The notes under the pieces were generated by a model. The model was not told the origin of the DNA, searched no databases, and saw only the letters and a list, made by a program, of their open reading frames with translations. The translations under genes and the position numbers were made by a program. From Porphyridium purpureum (Eukaryota): 64,000 nt of DNA. Of this stretch, positions 1 to 15,000 are shown piece after piece. Numbering within the stretch: the first letter of the stretch is position 1; each line of letters starts with the position of its first letter. The stretch covers positions 1 through 64,000 of the forward strand of contig VRMN01000006.1 in NCBI GenBank assembly GCA_008690995.1, in the 5' to 3' direction.

Positions 1-3
1 AGA

Positions 4-3000
4 TTAGAACCATGAGTGCCAGCTGGGATCCATCTGACACAGGGCGTGCGCGCTCCCCGCGAGCGACACAAGCTCGGATACCTTCTTCGAGACTCCGTCC
101 AGATCCTGCAGTACGCCGTCCGCGTTGGTGGGCGGATCCGGAAGTGGCTCCAAACGCTTGAGAATCAGGCGCACGCTCTCGGCCAGGCGCTTCTCTACAA
201 GAACTTGTGCCGGGTTGGGCACTGGCACTGCCAGCGGCGGCTCTGCTGTTGAAGACGGCGCAGCTGGACCCGACACAACAGTCGCAGCACTTTCAGATGC
301 ACCAAACTCGTCCCTCAGCACTGCAAAGAGAAAATGGGAAACCAGCTGCTCGCTATCCTTTAGCCCATCCACTGCAGCCGCCATGTAAGAGCTGAACGCG
401 CCGTGAATATTCGCATCACCCAGCAGGCGCACAAAGTTGCGCGTAAGCCGGAACGGCACGCCTTCGTCACACTCGATCAGCCCGCGCGACGACACAAGCG
501 GTCGTGTCTGCACGTGCTGAATACGGCCCGACTTCAGCGAAATAAGCATGTGCTGCGGCCTGCGCGCACCAATGGCTAGCATGTAGTTCACCAGCGACGA
601 GACACCCAGCGACTTTGCCAAGCTGTGTCGAAGCGCAAACAGGTCACCGGCGGTTTGCACGCGCATCTGCACCCAATGCAGCAGAGCCGTTTCCGGCACC
701 ACACGCTCGCAGAGATAGTTGAATGCCTGCAGGCGTGCCATGAGCGCGTCTTGTCTGGCGACGGCCCCAGTCTTGATGTTCACGGAGCTATGCTGGAAGT
801 GCCCTTCGCCATGGCTTGGTGCCAGTTGCTGCAGCAGTTCGGCGGAGCTCCGAGCCGCACCCGTGTCGGACCAACCATCTGAAAACAAGCAATCAAACGT
901 GCGGCGGCGAAAGAGAATGCAAACTTGATCGACGCTCATGTTTCTCCTCGCAAGCCCGGCTTCTAGAGCTTGCAACAATGATTGCGAGCTCGGATCATCA
1001 CGCACTAGCCGTGTGTGTTGCGACGTCGGGATCAAACATGGCGCATCAAGGCCAACCGGTGCGAAACCAAAGCCACAGCGGCGACCCAAGAAGTTCTCCA
1101 TGAGCAAATTGAACAGTCGATACAACTGCGCCGCGCGCTCTTCGGTGCGCTGCGTGCTCACGTTGACGCTCGTCTCGAGAATGAAGTGGTACTGGTTCCC
1201 GTCGGTCCCGATCAGCTCCAACCTCTTACTCGCATTGTTGTAGTGCCGCATCACTGTCACGTTTGCCGAAATGCGCCCAATCTTGATGTGCAGGTCTGGA
1301 CTCGGCTCGCTGCCATCAACACCAGTGTACTGGCCGAACACTTCCACTTCCGACTCATGCAGCAGGAGCAAGTAGCGCGACATATGCTCCAAGCGCTGTA
1401 CGCGCGGAATCGCATCCACACGGCGCTGGAAAATGTTCTTCCAGCGCAACAGGCGCCTGATAAAAGGCTCAATTGTGGCGGGAAAGTCCTTCGCCGTCTG
1501 CGGCGCCAGCTCAGCCTCAAAGGCCTCCTTGAGGTCTACAATCGATGGTGCAATTTTGAAAGAAGAGGCCGGCGGGGCGGCCGCGCCCGCCGATACCGTG
1601 CCAAAGCACATGCGCGCAACTTCTTCCAAAGCACTACGAATGGACGGCGCCACCACCTGGACTGCGTACGGCGCCAGCTGATAGCAGCGATGTAGCAGCG
1701 CTTGCATGAGCCCTAGCAGCTGCTCTTCATGCTGCGGTTTTAAACGCATAGACAGCTCAAGCGCTGTGCGTTCCAGCTCCACGTACAGGCTCTGATGGTG
1801 TTTGATCAGCATCGCCATCACGATCTCCGCGTGCTGGTGTGCAGAGCTGGCCGAAAGCTTGGCAGCTGCTGCTATTGAGAGAGCAACTGCCTCATTGGGG
1901 TCCATGCTCACAGCAGCCTTGGGCACCAATTGTGCAGACGCAGCCGTGGCATGTGGACCCACGTTCGCCTTCATTCCCGGTGACGTACTACCTGGAGGGG
2001 AGGCTCCACTGACCGGTGCGCCCGCTCGGGGAACTCCGCTAGGCGGTGCAGTTCCCGGCGATGGTGCGGAGGGCTGTGCAGTACCAGCGCCAGCGTCCTT
2101 ACCAGACACAGCAGCTACTGAGGGTGGCGATGGAGTCGCGGCACCTGGGGTTGCCACGGAACCGACAGCGCCTGCACTGCTTCCAGTAGCGACTGCGCTG
2201 GGAGCAGCACCTGCGGCTCGCACAGCTCCTGACACGCTCGCAGTAGGAGCTGGACCGGCTGCTTTGACTCCAGCAGCAGCACTGCTGAACACACCTGCCC
2301 TAGCACCTGCCGCTCCGGCAACCGCTGAGCCGCCCGGCTGCAAGCCTGTCATCTGAGCCATTTGATTCTGTCTCTGCTGCAGGGCGGTCGCCTTGTTTGC
2401 GAGTTCAGAGGCCTGCTTCTGTGCGCTGCTTGCGACCTGAGCTGCTTTTTCAGCCGCTGCTCGCGCAGCCTGCTTGGCGGCGGCAGTCACGGTACTCTGT
2501 GACTCCAGCTGCCTTACATTCTCGGCGGCCTGTAAGGCATGCGCCTGCAGTTGCTGAAACTTGCTTAATGCAGAGTTCGCCGCGGCCTGCGCGGCCTGCA
2601 GCTGCTGCTCTTGCTGGATGGACATCTGCTGTGTCGCGGTCGGAAGCAGTGGCGGCACATTTTGTCGCGGAGCCTGTAATGCCTCCTGCACAAGTGACGG
2701 CGTTGGACTACCACCAGAGGTTCCCTTCATGTCGAGCGGGCGCCGCTCCTCGAGAAAAGAGCGCAAATTGTAGAAAACTGCCTGTGGATACTGCACTGCA
2801 ATTCGAACTAGAATATCTCTCGCCACACTGGCTTCCCGTCGAGCAAGCATTGGTAGAAGCTGGTGAATCCAAGGCAACCACGCCCAGTTTGGAAATAAGT
2901 CGAGAAAACGCAGAATTGCTTGCGCCACCAAAGTCTGCGACGCTTCATCTGCAGTGCTGCTACTGTCTAACGAAAGTAGCCTCAGAACTCGCGAGATAAA

Positions 3001-6000
3001 CATACGCGCACGCCGCGATCCGAACCGCACGGCCATGAGGTAGCATGTCACAGTAGCTTCAGGCCACGAATGTTGCTGATTGAAAGTCGCGCCCGGTATC
3101 CTGGGCGCGGCAGCCGGTCCGGCTGCAGAGGTGGCTGCACCCCCAGAAACTGTTCCGGTTTCTGGTCCAGCCCCTGACCCGGCCATTCCACCGAGGACCG
3201 AGGCAACTGGAGCTGACTCTAGCGCTGCAGCGTCACAATACTGTCCCCACGCAAGCCAACTCGAGCTGAGGTCTGCAGCGAAGCGTAGCGCCTCTGTGTA
3301 AGCCTGACTCGCCTCCGGCCCCTGCTTCAGCCTGAAAAAGAACTCACCCTTGAGACAAAACAGCTTGGCCTTTTGCTTGGACGGGAAATGCTGGATATTG
3401 CAAGAATTTGCGTGCCGGAGGCCCACAGCCAAGGGGTTATCAACGAACTTGGGGTACTTCAAGTAGGACTTCAGCTGCTGCTTTGTTTTGACGAAAAAGT
3501 CACCGACATCCATGGTCGGATAGGTGTACATCTTCATCAGCACGTAGAGGCAGCTTTCCGGGAGACCCTTTTTCCGGTACATTGTGCCGATTTTGTTCAC
3601 GATCCATGCAGTTTCGTTCACACCCAAGCACAGCACGGGCGGCGGAACGTCGCGTCCAGCAGTCTCCTTCAGTGACTGCATCGTGTTCAAAATACAGGTG
3701 AATATGTGCTGCCGCCAGCCCAGAAGGTCGGTCCACACCAGCGGCGCATCGCTATACGCCGGCAGTCGCTCGCGCCACGACGTCAGAACTTGACGAATGT
3801 TATCCAGTGGGATATCAGTGCCGACCGGATGCGTATTTGTGTTCACGCCGGGCGCGACACCTGCTCCGCCTTGATTCGCGGCATTCAGCTCAGAAATTAC
3901 ACGTACCGACTCCTGCAGCTCCACAAGCCGCTGAAAAACAATCAAACTTGGCGTGTACGCCGTGAGACCTGCATTTTTGGGCAGCGAGTAGAAGGCCTCC
4001 AACGCCTTTTGCGACGCCTGCTCTACTAGCTGCGTTACATTTTCGAGCTTGTTCTCCTGCAGCTGGACAAAGCCTTGATAGAGCCGGAGTTTCACGGGGT
4101 CGTCGATCGGGTGCTTGGCCAGCAGCTCCTTTAAAGCTGCCCAGTCGGGCGTACGCCAAAGGCATTCGTGTAGCAAGTCAGTGTCCACAATGGAACGTGA
4201 ATACTCCGTCAACACATCCCAATGGCTCAACTGCTTCGTACAATGGATCCACTTATCCTCCAACATTCGCGCCTCTTTCAGTGTTACATGCTGCTGATTC
4301 TGATGCTGACGCGCATGAGCGTGACTATATCGTTGTTGATATTGATGGCTGCGTTGCTGCTCGCCCTGGGCAAGGCCGCCTTGGCTCGAAATAGCGCCGG
4401 ATAAACTCTCTAGATACGCGCGCATTGCAGAATCATAATCTTTGCGCTGCTCGAGAAACAAGGCCGTTAGGGTCATGCTACTAGCAGTGCGCTGCTTCCA
4501 CAGCGCAATTTCCATGTCGTGCTCATTCAGCAGCCGGTACAGCTCGCACAACACATCCTGCAAAGTCTCGACCTCAGCTTCCAACACTGCATTCCAACCC
4601 ATTGTATGCGGCGAGTACGAGCCGCCTCCCGGACTACCCATCGCGACATCGCCATAGGTATGGATCTGATTGTACGTGCTACTACTCCACATTTGAAGAT
4701 CAGCGCCACCACCGCCACCGCTGGGGCCAACACTCGTGCTGCTGTATGTCGAAACAATCCCCCGCATACGTAGCAACGCACCCAACCGGGACTCGAGCAA
4801 ATATATCGACACATACCATGTGCCAAATTTTTGCGCGGTGTATAACAACAACTCGGCAGGTAGATTTAGATCCAAGCTGCCATCACTTTCACCGTCAACG
4901 TCACCGCCATCTTCGTCCGTGCCCACACCAGCGCACCCCTCGACGAGACATTGCACTACGTTCTGACGCCGACCGGCTTGCTGAAGCATGTATTCTTTGC
5001 CGATGAGCGCGATCAGCGCTTGCAGTACTGGACTCGCTAGTACGTCTACGTAGTTGCAAGACAGCATCGTCAGTTCGTATGGACTCGATCTGCTGTATCC
5101 AGAGCCATAGAAATCATCTTCCCTCGGAAGCGTTTTCCACGCGGCGCGAAAAACCGACAACCAAATCTGCTTGCAGAAATCCACGTCTGTGTGGATAAAG
5201 AAACGCACACAGGACAAGAAGAATTCGACCGTGCTCGTGCGCTCACGCAGCTGCAGATCCACCACGCCTACTGCGCTATCAAGGTCGTAATCATTCGTCC
5301 AATCTGGCATTGTATCCATGGCGCAGCAGTCGCGCGCTTGGCCATTCACACCACGAACGACCGCATCCGAGGTGGCGACGCATTGAATTGACAAGTTCAC
5401 TTTTGAATCAACAATATCCAAGAGCAGCTCAACTGCCTGGCGAATCCAGAATGAATCGGCGATGTGCTCCCAGTCCTGCTGTGCGAGGATGTAGTAAAGT
5501 CGGTTCTCTGGTGTTCTACCTACCGGAGCACATAGCAGCTTGGTGAACTTGGCACGAATTTGCGGGTCCGAGCTGCGTGTCCCAATAAGAAACGGCTTCT
5601 CCAGCTTCCCCAGTGCGTCTTCGTACGTGCTGGCATCTGGCGCGGCGAACAGGTTATAAATGACTTCCAGGTACGACGCCTGTAGCTGGTTGACACCAGG
5701 AATGTGCGCCTGCAGGCGCTCAAATGATGCCATGCGATTTAGGAACTGCAGCTTTTCCTTGTCAACCAAAGGACTGGTTGGGAGAACCTTGGACGCCTCA
5801 CCAAAGGTCACCCACTTGGCCACGCAATCCGTCAGAATGCACTGCAAGATACTGGGCTGTGCGCACCGCTCGAGAAGCGCCCACAACACCTGGATGAACT
5901 GCTTTCGATGTTCGTCCAAGGCTGAAACCCTTTCACTTAGCAGCCTAATGATGGAAATCAACAAACTCACTTCTGACTGCTCCTGCACCGGAACACCGGG

Positions 6001-9000
6001 CGCCCCGGCCGCAGCAACGGAGCCTGCGCTCGTCACGCGCACAGGAGAGGCTAGTGAGGCCGTTTGCTGCTCCATTGCCGAGGTGACTCCCATGCCACTC
6101 GATCCCGATGCTGACCCAGACTTTGACTGCGCAGCGTGCGCAAGCGCCGCAGCTGCGGCCGCTGAGACTGGAACCGCGCCGCGCTGACCCGGAGGATTCT
6201 GCGCAAGCGGCGGCCTTGCAGCTGTACCGGGAATTCCAGCGGCAGACTGGGAAGCAAGGCCAGACACTCCGGCACCCATTCCCCCACGAGCTAATGAAAC
6301 GTGCGCTGAGTTCTGATTCTGAGGGGCATGAGCCTGCGAGATTACGGCACCCGCGTTCGCTGTTGCTGCCGCGACCGACGGTGTGGTGTCCACGGCTGAA
6401 ACAGTATCTCGCTTGATTGTGACCACTTCCTTGGCGACCCGCGTGAGCACGCGAACCATTGTTTCGTCGTGGCGTTTCATGCGCTCAGGTGCATTGCGGT
6501 TCAAAAACGCTAGCACCGGCACCACATTACGTATTATCGTATGCTCGAGTGTCGCTAAACTGTGTTCTAGGTCGTCCTGGAATGACACCAGCAGGTTCTG
6601 AATCATCACCTTGCTTGCCTGCGCACTCAGTGGCACCGCAACACCTGCATCGTTTCGAGGCGAAGCAAGTAGCGATGACGCGGCTGCACCTGGCCCACCG
6701 GAAACTGACGCAACAGACAGACCAGGCTTGGCATCCTTCTGCTTGTCTCCATCTACCGATGCCGCGGCTATGGGTTGAGAGAGGGTCGATGGTGAAGCAA
6801 TTGCCGCTTGCGACCCCGCAGGTGGTGATCCTCCGACTTGCCCAGCCACCGGCCCCACCGGGGGCGGTCTTGTCGCGAGCTGTGCTGCTTCAACCGCTTG
6901 TACCGGAGCGCGTACAGCCGCCGACTTGAGGACGCTGAACTGCTCCGCTGTGGCAGTTTGGCCAATTGGAGAGCATTCACCGCCGCCACCCGTCACGTCG
7001 CTGTCCGTGTCCATTTTTGTCTGTGCCTCCTCGTACAACTTGAGCAGCACAGCGATAAGCTTGACAAGCACGTCCGGCATGCCCACCGCATTGGACCTAA
7101 ACGATGGCAGAAAGACCGCCTTGAACGCCCCTAGATTGTTCTCGGCACCCCTCAAACCTTGCTTCTCGAGAACGACCGAACACAGCTTGACCGACGTCCA
7201 GATGCTCACCTGCCGCACCAGCTGCTTCTCTATTGCTTGAACATCTACAGGCGATTGAAAACCACCAGACGGAGAAGCAGAGGCCGCTCCAGAGAGTGAT
7301 TGCATCTTCGTGGCCCCCGCGTCCACTTGATGGCCTCTGGCAGCTGCCGAGGCTGCTACCGCCGAAGCGGTTTGTCCGCGCTGCTGCTGTGCAGCAGCCA
7401 ATGGATTCACACCTATATTCATATTCATCCTCCCTACTGATGGATTCTGGCCACCCCGATCCGCGGCGGGAGCGGCCGCGGAGGCCGCTGCAACCGCCGC
7501 GGCTTGGGCGGCAGCCGCGGCTGATTGCAAGATCTTTTCCACATGCTGCAGACGGATCAACGTGTCCGGCCAAAGATCCAGAGCGTCACTGATTAGCGCA
7601 CAGCAGCGCTCCGCGAGTGCCATGCGCTCTTCGCGCACTGACGCCGCAAACGCAATTTTTGCCAAGAAATTCACAATCATCTCAACCATGGCACTTGTTG
7701 GCTTAAAGTCGTCATCCATCGCTGCAGCCGATGCCCCCGCAGCTAAGGCAATACCCTGCTTGTGCTTCACATGATTGAGACTACTACCTGGGCTTTGCGG
7801 ACCTGGAGATGGGGACGGGGATGCAGAGGGGGATGCCGACATTACGTCAGCCGCATTATCCTTATTCGAGTCCACAGCAACAGATACCGAAGACGATGAT
7901 CCCGCGACTTTTCCTCTGCCTGTTTCCCTCTCCAAAGTGACTGGAACCGGAACAGGGACCGCGTTTCCAGAAGCATCTTTGAGCTGCTTGGCTGGCCGCC
8001 GGTCGGTTTCCACCAGCATTTGCGCGTCTGTCGCGCTCGATTCCCGTTCAACGCCACTCCTACCCGGGGCGTCTCTCAAGGGGTCAATATTCACATCAAG
8101 TGACTTGGATTCGTCTTCCGGCTCCTGCCGCACCCGCTTCCCCCCAGCCGTCGAGCCTGTGGCGCTGGCAGCCTCGTCCTTCTCATTGTCCATTTCTCCA
8201 TACCCTGGTGCGTTTGTCGGCTCGGTGATGGCGGACCGTGCAGCAGCCGCAGCAGCCTGCCTCGTTTTCTCCCACTGAATCACAAGTTCAGCCAAATCAA
8301 CGGTAAGGCGTCGGTTCTCGGTGGTGGTGGATGGGCTGAGCCCAAGTCGCTGCAGGCTGTTCACCATCTGTGGAACGAACTGCGCACGCGCTGGATAAAA
8401 CAAAGATCCGTGACGAACCAAGAGCTGCCAGATGTGAACGAGATGTTGCAACGAGTGACCTTCCTCGACCAGCATCTTCTTGATATATCGGATCCATATC
8501 GGGTATTTGTGTTCCTCCGCGTGATGCGGCAGGCGTATGGGCAGTACGGGAGTGAGAACGTCCAGTGCTTTGCGAACTAACGTTCGCCCTTCGGGCTGGC
8601 ACGCCCGCAACAACGCAACGTACACCTGCAGGATAATCTTGTCCGGCGCTACGTATGCCTCGAAGAAACGACACACATTCATAAAGGCCCAGCACTTGGT
8701 CACCGAGGCGTCTCTCTTCAAGTGGTTCCAGCCGAACTTGATTAGTTCCTTGCGATACTGCACGAGCTTCGACGGCAAGTTCTGGATGAGTAGTGTCGCA
8801 AGCTGCAGTAGTTCAGCAGCAAACGGTTGAGGTGGCGGTAATCCTTGAGCCTGATGTCCGCTTTGATGAGCACTTGAATGTACGTGTGTTCCATCCCTCT
8901 CCTCCGCTGCTGCAGTACTGCTTAATGCCGCACTCGGCACCGACACGGACTCATCACCATAGTCGAATAACTCCCTGACCATGCGATCTATCACGTCTGC

Positions 9001-12000
9001 ACTGACGACAGGATGGTCTGCACCAGCCTGGACTTGGATTTGATTTTTGCTCGGTTCGGCGGCGCTGGCGACATCAGTCACTGTCGCGGGGTCGTGCGCA
9101 TTCATGCTCGATAAAATCTTTTCCATGAACAGCACGAGTAGCGTGAGCGCGTGACCCTTGCGCTCTTGCGGAACGGATGTATCCTTGAGTAAATTGAGAA
9201 AGTGACACAGCACCGCGTGCTTCTCTGCATCTGAGTACTCTGTTGGGATGGTGAGCGTAAAGTACAGTTTCACAAACTCAAAATCACGAAGCGAGCGTCG
9301 AGAGAACACTGATAGCAGCTGAAAAAGCGCCGCCAGCTCGCCACGCTGACGGTAACAGTAGCGAAGAATGCATTCAGCAAGCGTCTGCGCCTCGCCAATC
9401 TGCTCAACTGGCAGCAAATCTTCCTTCTTAATGTGCATTTCCACCCAATCCGGGTTATTCCACACATCTACGAGACAACCAAACACATCTGCCTGCTTGG
9501 CGAGCCAGTCAGGCAGGCGTGAAGACAAAATTTCAACTACAACAATCCCACAGAAGGTGAGCGATGACAAGGGCGGGATGGCGGATTGACCCGATGCTTG
9601 ATTCGGCGATGCAAAAGAAGCACTGCCTGGTAGCAACTGCGCTGCAGCGGAACCGGTGGGTGCAACAGAGGAAACGCCCGGCGCGGCGGTACCAGCCTGA
9701 GAGCTACCACTTGGTGGTGCGGGGACCGATGGCAAACTCCCGCTTGCCGGCTTGCTCGCACCTGCACTCACACCTTGCCCGCTGACCCCCCCTGCCACTA
9801 CCGGTTTGAACTTGAACGTGGCGTCAATTAACTTTTGAGTGTTTCCAGCGAGGGCGTCTCTCAAGGGACCGCCGTCATCAGCCCACAAAAACGCAAAAAA
9901 CAGATTGCGCACGTTTCCGTGCCCAGCTCCAGTAGCATTTCCGCCAGCACCGGTCAAATTGTCGCTGCGCAAGAAAAAATCCACTGCATCCGACGCATAC
10001 CGATTGCAAAACTTCAGCAGCGCCGCGCGGAACGGCGATGACGAGGACACGTGCTGGCCCGCGAGGCCTTCGTTACTGTAGCACACGGAGCTGAGCAACA
10101 TAGCCCCGCCGAAGTTCACCTGCTCGAGGTGCAACACAGTGTGTACCAGCGGTTCCATGAAGCGCACAGCGCCACTCGGAAGGAGATGGAAGAGCTCGAG
10201 AATGGCAACGGCGACCTTGATTTCTGAGCCTGCCGGCCACTTCTTTGCCGCAGCGAGCTTCTCCGGCTCCATCCACTTTTGTAAGTGCTCCAGAAGCTTG
10301 TCAGCAAGATTAATATTGAACCAGGACGACAGTAGTTCCAGCACACGCGACAGACCAGCCAAGTAGTTGACCGACAGTTTCAAATAATCGGAGAGCAGCA
10401 CTAGAATTGAACGCAGATTCGCCTGCAGAATATCCTTCGGTACGTGCGGCTCTGCTACGACAAGCCTTAGTCCATCACACGCTTGCGTCACGATGGCTTC
10501 GTGGCGGCTTTCGAGCGCGCGAAAGAAAACGCCTACAATCGGCGCTAGCAGTTCCGCGTGTGCGGAGCCTTGCGACTGAAATACAGCCTTGTCGCGCATG
10601 AGCACGGTAAAAAGCTGCAGGATTGTGAGCTTGATGTTCACCAAGGCCTTGGCGACGCGGCGGTCAACGAGCTTGTTCTCGGTGAGCCTTATAAGTGCCG
10701 CGTCCTCAGCCTCCACAAGCCGCAGGATCGTTGTGTCTTCCGCGATTTCTATCGACGCCGCAACTATGGCTTTGAGCGGCGCATGGTCTAGGACCTCTCG
10801 TGCGGTAAATAATGGAGGCTTGGCGCGACCGGCATCCATACTCATTACAAAACACAGCATGCTGACAATGCCTGCCTGCGTCACAAACGGAACTGTCCGC
10901 AGCGGACGAGAGGCCGGTGCTAGCGAGCGCGCCACATTCTCTTTCCAAGGGCCCGTCCACAGCTCGCGCAGGCCATAACCGCGCTCGCGGCAGATAAATG
11001 CCACCACACCTTGCGCGGCCTCACGCGTCAGCGTGACGTCCGCGATGCAGTCTTGGAACACGGCGAGTGTCACGTCTCGATCTACATCCAGTAGCTCCTC
11101 TGCGCTTGGGAAGGGGCCACGCGCAGCCGGCGAGACTGCTGCGACATCGGAAGCGACTTTTGCTCGCGTTGGACCACTCGCATCCCCGCGCGGAGAAAGT
11201 GCTTCGTCAGTATCATCCCTCATCGTGACCGGCCCGCTTTCCTCATCATCATTTTCATCGATATTTGTGGCCTCCTCCTTCGCGCCCTCTTTCAGCATGA
11301 CCTGGCCCTCTGCCTCTGATGCCGGCGCGTGCGCATCCGCCAATGTTGTGGACATGTCATCAAAGCAGATGTTGCTGTGACACGCTTTCAAGCAATTGCT
11401 AATGCTCTCTGTCGCGCACGCGGTGAGATAACTCGCGCTTTGCACATGTGTCTCGCGAAGGACCGCCAACAGGCTTTTCAGAATTTCGATTTCGAGTGTG
11501 GGTTTGTACAGCTTGCTCTCGATTCCACTAAAGTACAAACCACTGGCAAGAGGAATCGAGGACAGGGGCGCAACCAGAAAACTTCGCGGCAGGCGACGAA
11601 CGAGCAATCCTAGCACGCGCGTCGCGCCATACTTTTCTTGCCATTTGATGCCGTGGCAAAGGTGGCAACAAGCGCTTAGAATTCGCAGCACCGCGGCACC
11701 CGCCGCCGCAGAACCAGAACTCCCGCACGCAATCAGGTCCAGTTCGGATTCACCTTGCAACTCAGAGTGCACCTTGAGTAGCTGTGCCACAAATTCGTCC
11801 AGCAAATCGGAAGCGTACACGGACGTCGAAACGGAGGTCTCTGAGAGGGACTCAATGCAAGCAGTCACGAAGGTACCGGCCGAAATGTTGACTTCCGATG
11901 CTTGCACACTACTAGAAGAATCAAACAAGTCGGCGGTATTTCTACCCGGGCACATCGCATCCTTCCATTCGTCCAAATCCCCACTGCTCCCTCCCGCCAT

Positions 12001-15000
12001 GACCTGGCGCGCGTACATGGCTATCACTGAAAGCATGAAAGCGTCCGGCGGCGGCAAGCTGTCGTCCTTTTCGAAACGCACTGCTTCGCGACCCACGTGT
12101 ACATCTGGCGGCTCCAGTGGTGCTGAATCGCTAGAAGACGTATCGACATGCGCCGAACCTGACCATGCCGATTTGATGTCGGCGTCTGTACAACACACCA
12201 CCAAACATTTGCACAAATCAAGCGCCACCTGCTTTCCAGCACCTGGAAGAGAACGAGCCGCCGAGGCCGCTGCAACTGTAGCGAGACTCACATTTCGACC
12301 AGATCCACCCTTCGAATCTTCAAGTTCATTCCTTTTGCGCGCGCTGTCGCCGTGATGAGGAGATGACTTGCCCCTCAAAGCAGCGCTTGTAGCAACGTCA
12401 GCATTTCGAAACGCTTGGTATATACTCACAAGCAGCTTATATGCGTGCACTTTCTGCTCCAAGAGAGCTGTCGAGCTTGGGGCAGACGAGTTTCCTGGAA
12501 GGAACCCCAACCCGAACCCAGATCCAGCGTTAGACAGCGCGGCCTGCGACGAAAAGATGCTGCGACAAAAGGCCACGAAGTAGTCCATCTTCATCGAAAC
12601 GCCACAACTGTGCATCCCTTCACAGTCCCAAGCGAGCTCAGCTGTGACTGACGGAGCACAGCCGACTGGCGGGAGGTTCCTTTGTGTGTCGTCCGCGCGA
12701 ACTTGCATGCAATTTTGCAGATGCTTGTCCCGGTTCGCCGCACCCATTTTGCCGAGAATTCTTACGCAAGTCATACCAAAGCCCGTTGTTCCCGGGCGCG
12801 CGTGCTCCCACAACCCGTAACTCAGCTGCGGCTCGACTTTGCTCAGAAGACCCTGCAGGAACTCAGGATGCAGTGTGTCCACCCAGAACTCGAGCGTGCG
12901 TAGCGCAAGGCTCGTGAGTTCGTTCGAACACTTGAGTGCCTCTGCTATGGGCTGAATATGGAGCGAAAGGCAGGGTAACAATGTACTTGGACGCGCTGGA
13001 ATCGTCAGGCACAGCTCAAGCATGAGATCCCTGTACTTTTCACCATGCGGTCCGTTCAGACTGTGCATGAGCGTGGTGAGCGTGTTGGCTACGAGAGGCA
13101 TAATTTCCTTGTAAATGGGATCGTTCCGGCCACCCGCAAGAGACTTGAAGAGTGCGCGCAAAAGCTGCAAGTAATGCACCGGGTCTGCGTCAATTCGCGA
13201 AATTCCAGTCAAGCAACCATTCACTAATGTGCCCACGTGCAGTCGGAGGGCGCTTTCGTTCTCAGGAAACACAGTGACAGACGCAAAGAGGATCTTGAAT
13301 AGCCGCAGCAGCGCCTGCGACCGTGAGAGCTCAGTCACTGGCGCTGTGCTTGTGGTCATCTCGCCCTTCTCGCCGTCCTTTCGCGCGGCCTTGTCTTGCT
13401 TGCCCGTTCCACGGATGGGCAATCTCGTCGTCTCGTTCTTTGCTCTCAATCGATCATGAAGCTCCTGCCCGTTTAGCTGATCTTTCGGCCGATCATCTGT
13501 GTCCCGCGCCTGCCGCTGCGCTTCTTCCTGATTTTCCTCTACCCGCTGCTGGCGCTGCTGCCCCCTTTGGCCCCCACGCACGTCACGGCCAGAGCCAACA
13601 CTTTTGCTTCGACCACTTATGACCACATTCAACGGCCCGCCACCTTCGTCCAGCTCATCCAGGCGTGATACCAAGAAGTTGCCCAGTATGGTTGCAAAGT
13701 AACGGGAAATATTCGAACTCGACAGAAACTGCTGCTGAATCATTAGTGTGGCCTGGTTTGTCGAATTGAGATCAAAAAGCGCGCCTACGCGAGTGCTGAA
13801 CAAACTCAGAAAGTTCTTCGGCTCTAGCACGGTAAATATTTGCGCAAACTGGTCAACAATTTCCTTTTCCTCGGCCTTCGCGGTCTCGACAAGCGATGAT
13901 CTGCCGCTTGAGCTCGTGCCCTCCAATGTTGAGCCCAGCAAGGACGCAGCAGCTGCCACCGTTTCCCGGTACAACTCGATACAGCCAGGGAACGCGTCCA
14001 ACAAATCCGCCAACATCGCACATTCCTCCTCGGACAATCCCTTTTCCTTAATCGGTCCAGGCGCTGTGAGCGCAGTGCTCGCCCCTGCCCCTGCCCCTGC
14101 CCCTGCCGTGGCGTCAGTTGTACCATCAATGCGAGTTTTTCGCACCGCCGGTAGTGCGACCGGTGTGTTGCTGGCAGACCACACCACGGTTTTAAGACCC
14201 ATGGTGAGCGTTTTTAACAGCGCTTTGGTGTCGTGATATTCCTTGTGCAACGTGGCCAAAGGGTCCTCGGGCGAGCGATATTCGGACGCAATTCCGCCAC
14301 CGCCATGCGACAATGGCGTGCTGGTCCCAGTTCCGGTCCCGGACGCCGACGGTGACTGCTGCTTCGAACTGCTGTTGTTGGGCTCCTTTTCCTTGAGTTC
14401 TTTCACCTCTGCCGCAGCTTTCTTCACTCGCTCAATCAAGAGCGGCACGCTGCGGCGCATGGCGACGTACTTGCTTACCATGGTATCCATAATGCGTACG
14501 AGCAGAACACGTGCCTTCGGATCTGTATCCGACTTGTTCAGCAAACCTTCAATCAAATTCAGCAAAAGGCGCACACTGGTGGTTTGGATGTGCGGGTTCA
14601 GCGTAGGGTCGTGCACGTTGGTCGAAAACAAGTAAATGATGCGGCCCAGGTGCGGCAGGCTCAAGTTCAGTCGCACATAGTGCACGAGCTCGGCCAAAAA
14701 CGAGTAAGCGAGTGGTCGCAGTGACTCGTGAGCTTGGCGGCCAGTGCCTATGAGCACCTTTTCGTCGAGCAGCAAATCAATTTGGCTGTAAAATGCCGCA
14801 CGGAAGTCGGCAGCAAGGATGTGTCGCGTCGCGATCAACAGCTCGCGTCGAATGGGTACAGCATCGGCCGGACAACTCAGTAGAAGCTGCACAACCGACT
14901 GGGGAATTGAGCGCTCATACGGCCGTAACAGGTCGTTGAACTGCTTGAGCACAAACGACAAAAATGAAACCGTCTTCACCTGTGCAGCGATGAGATCGTG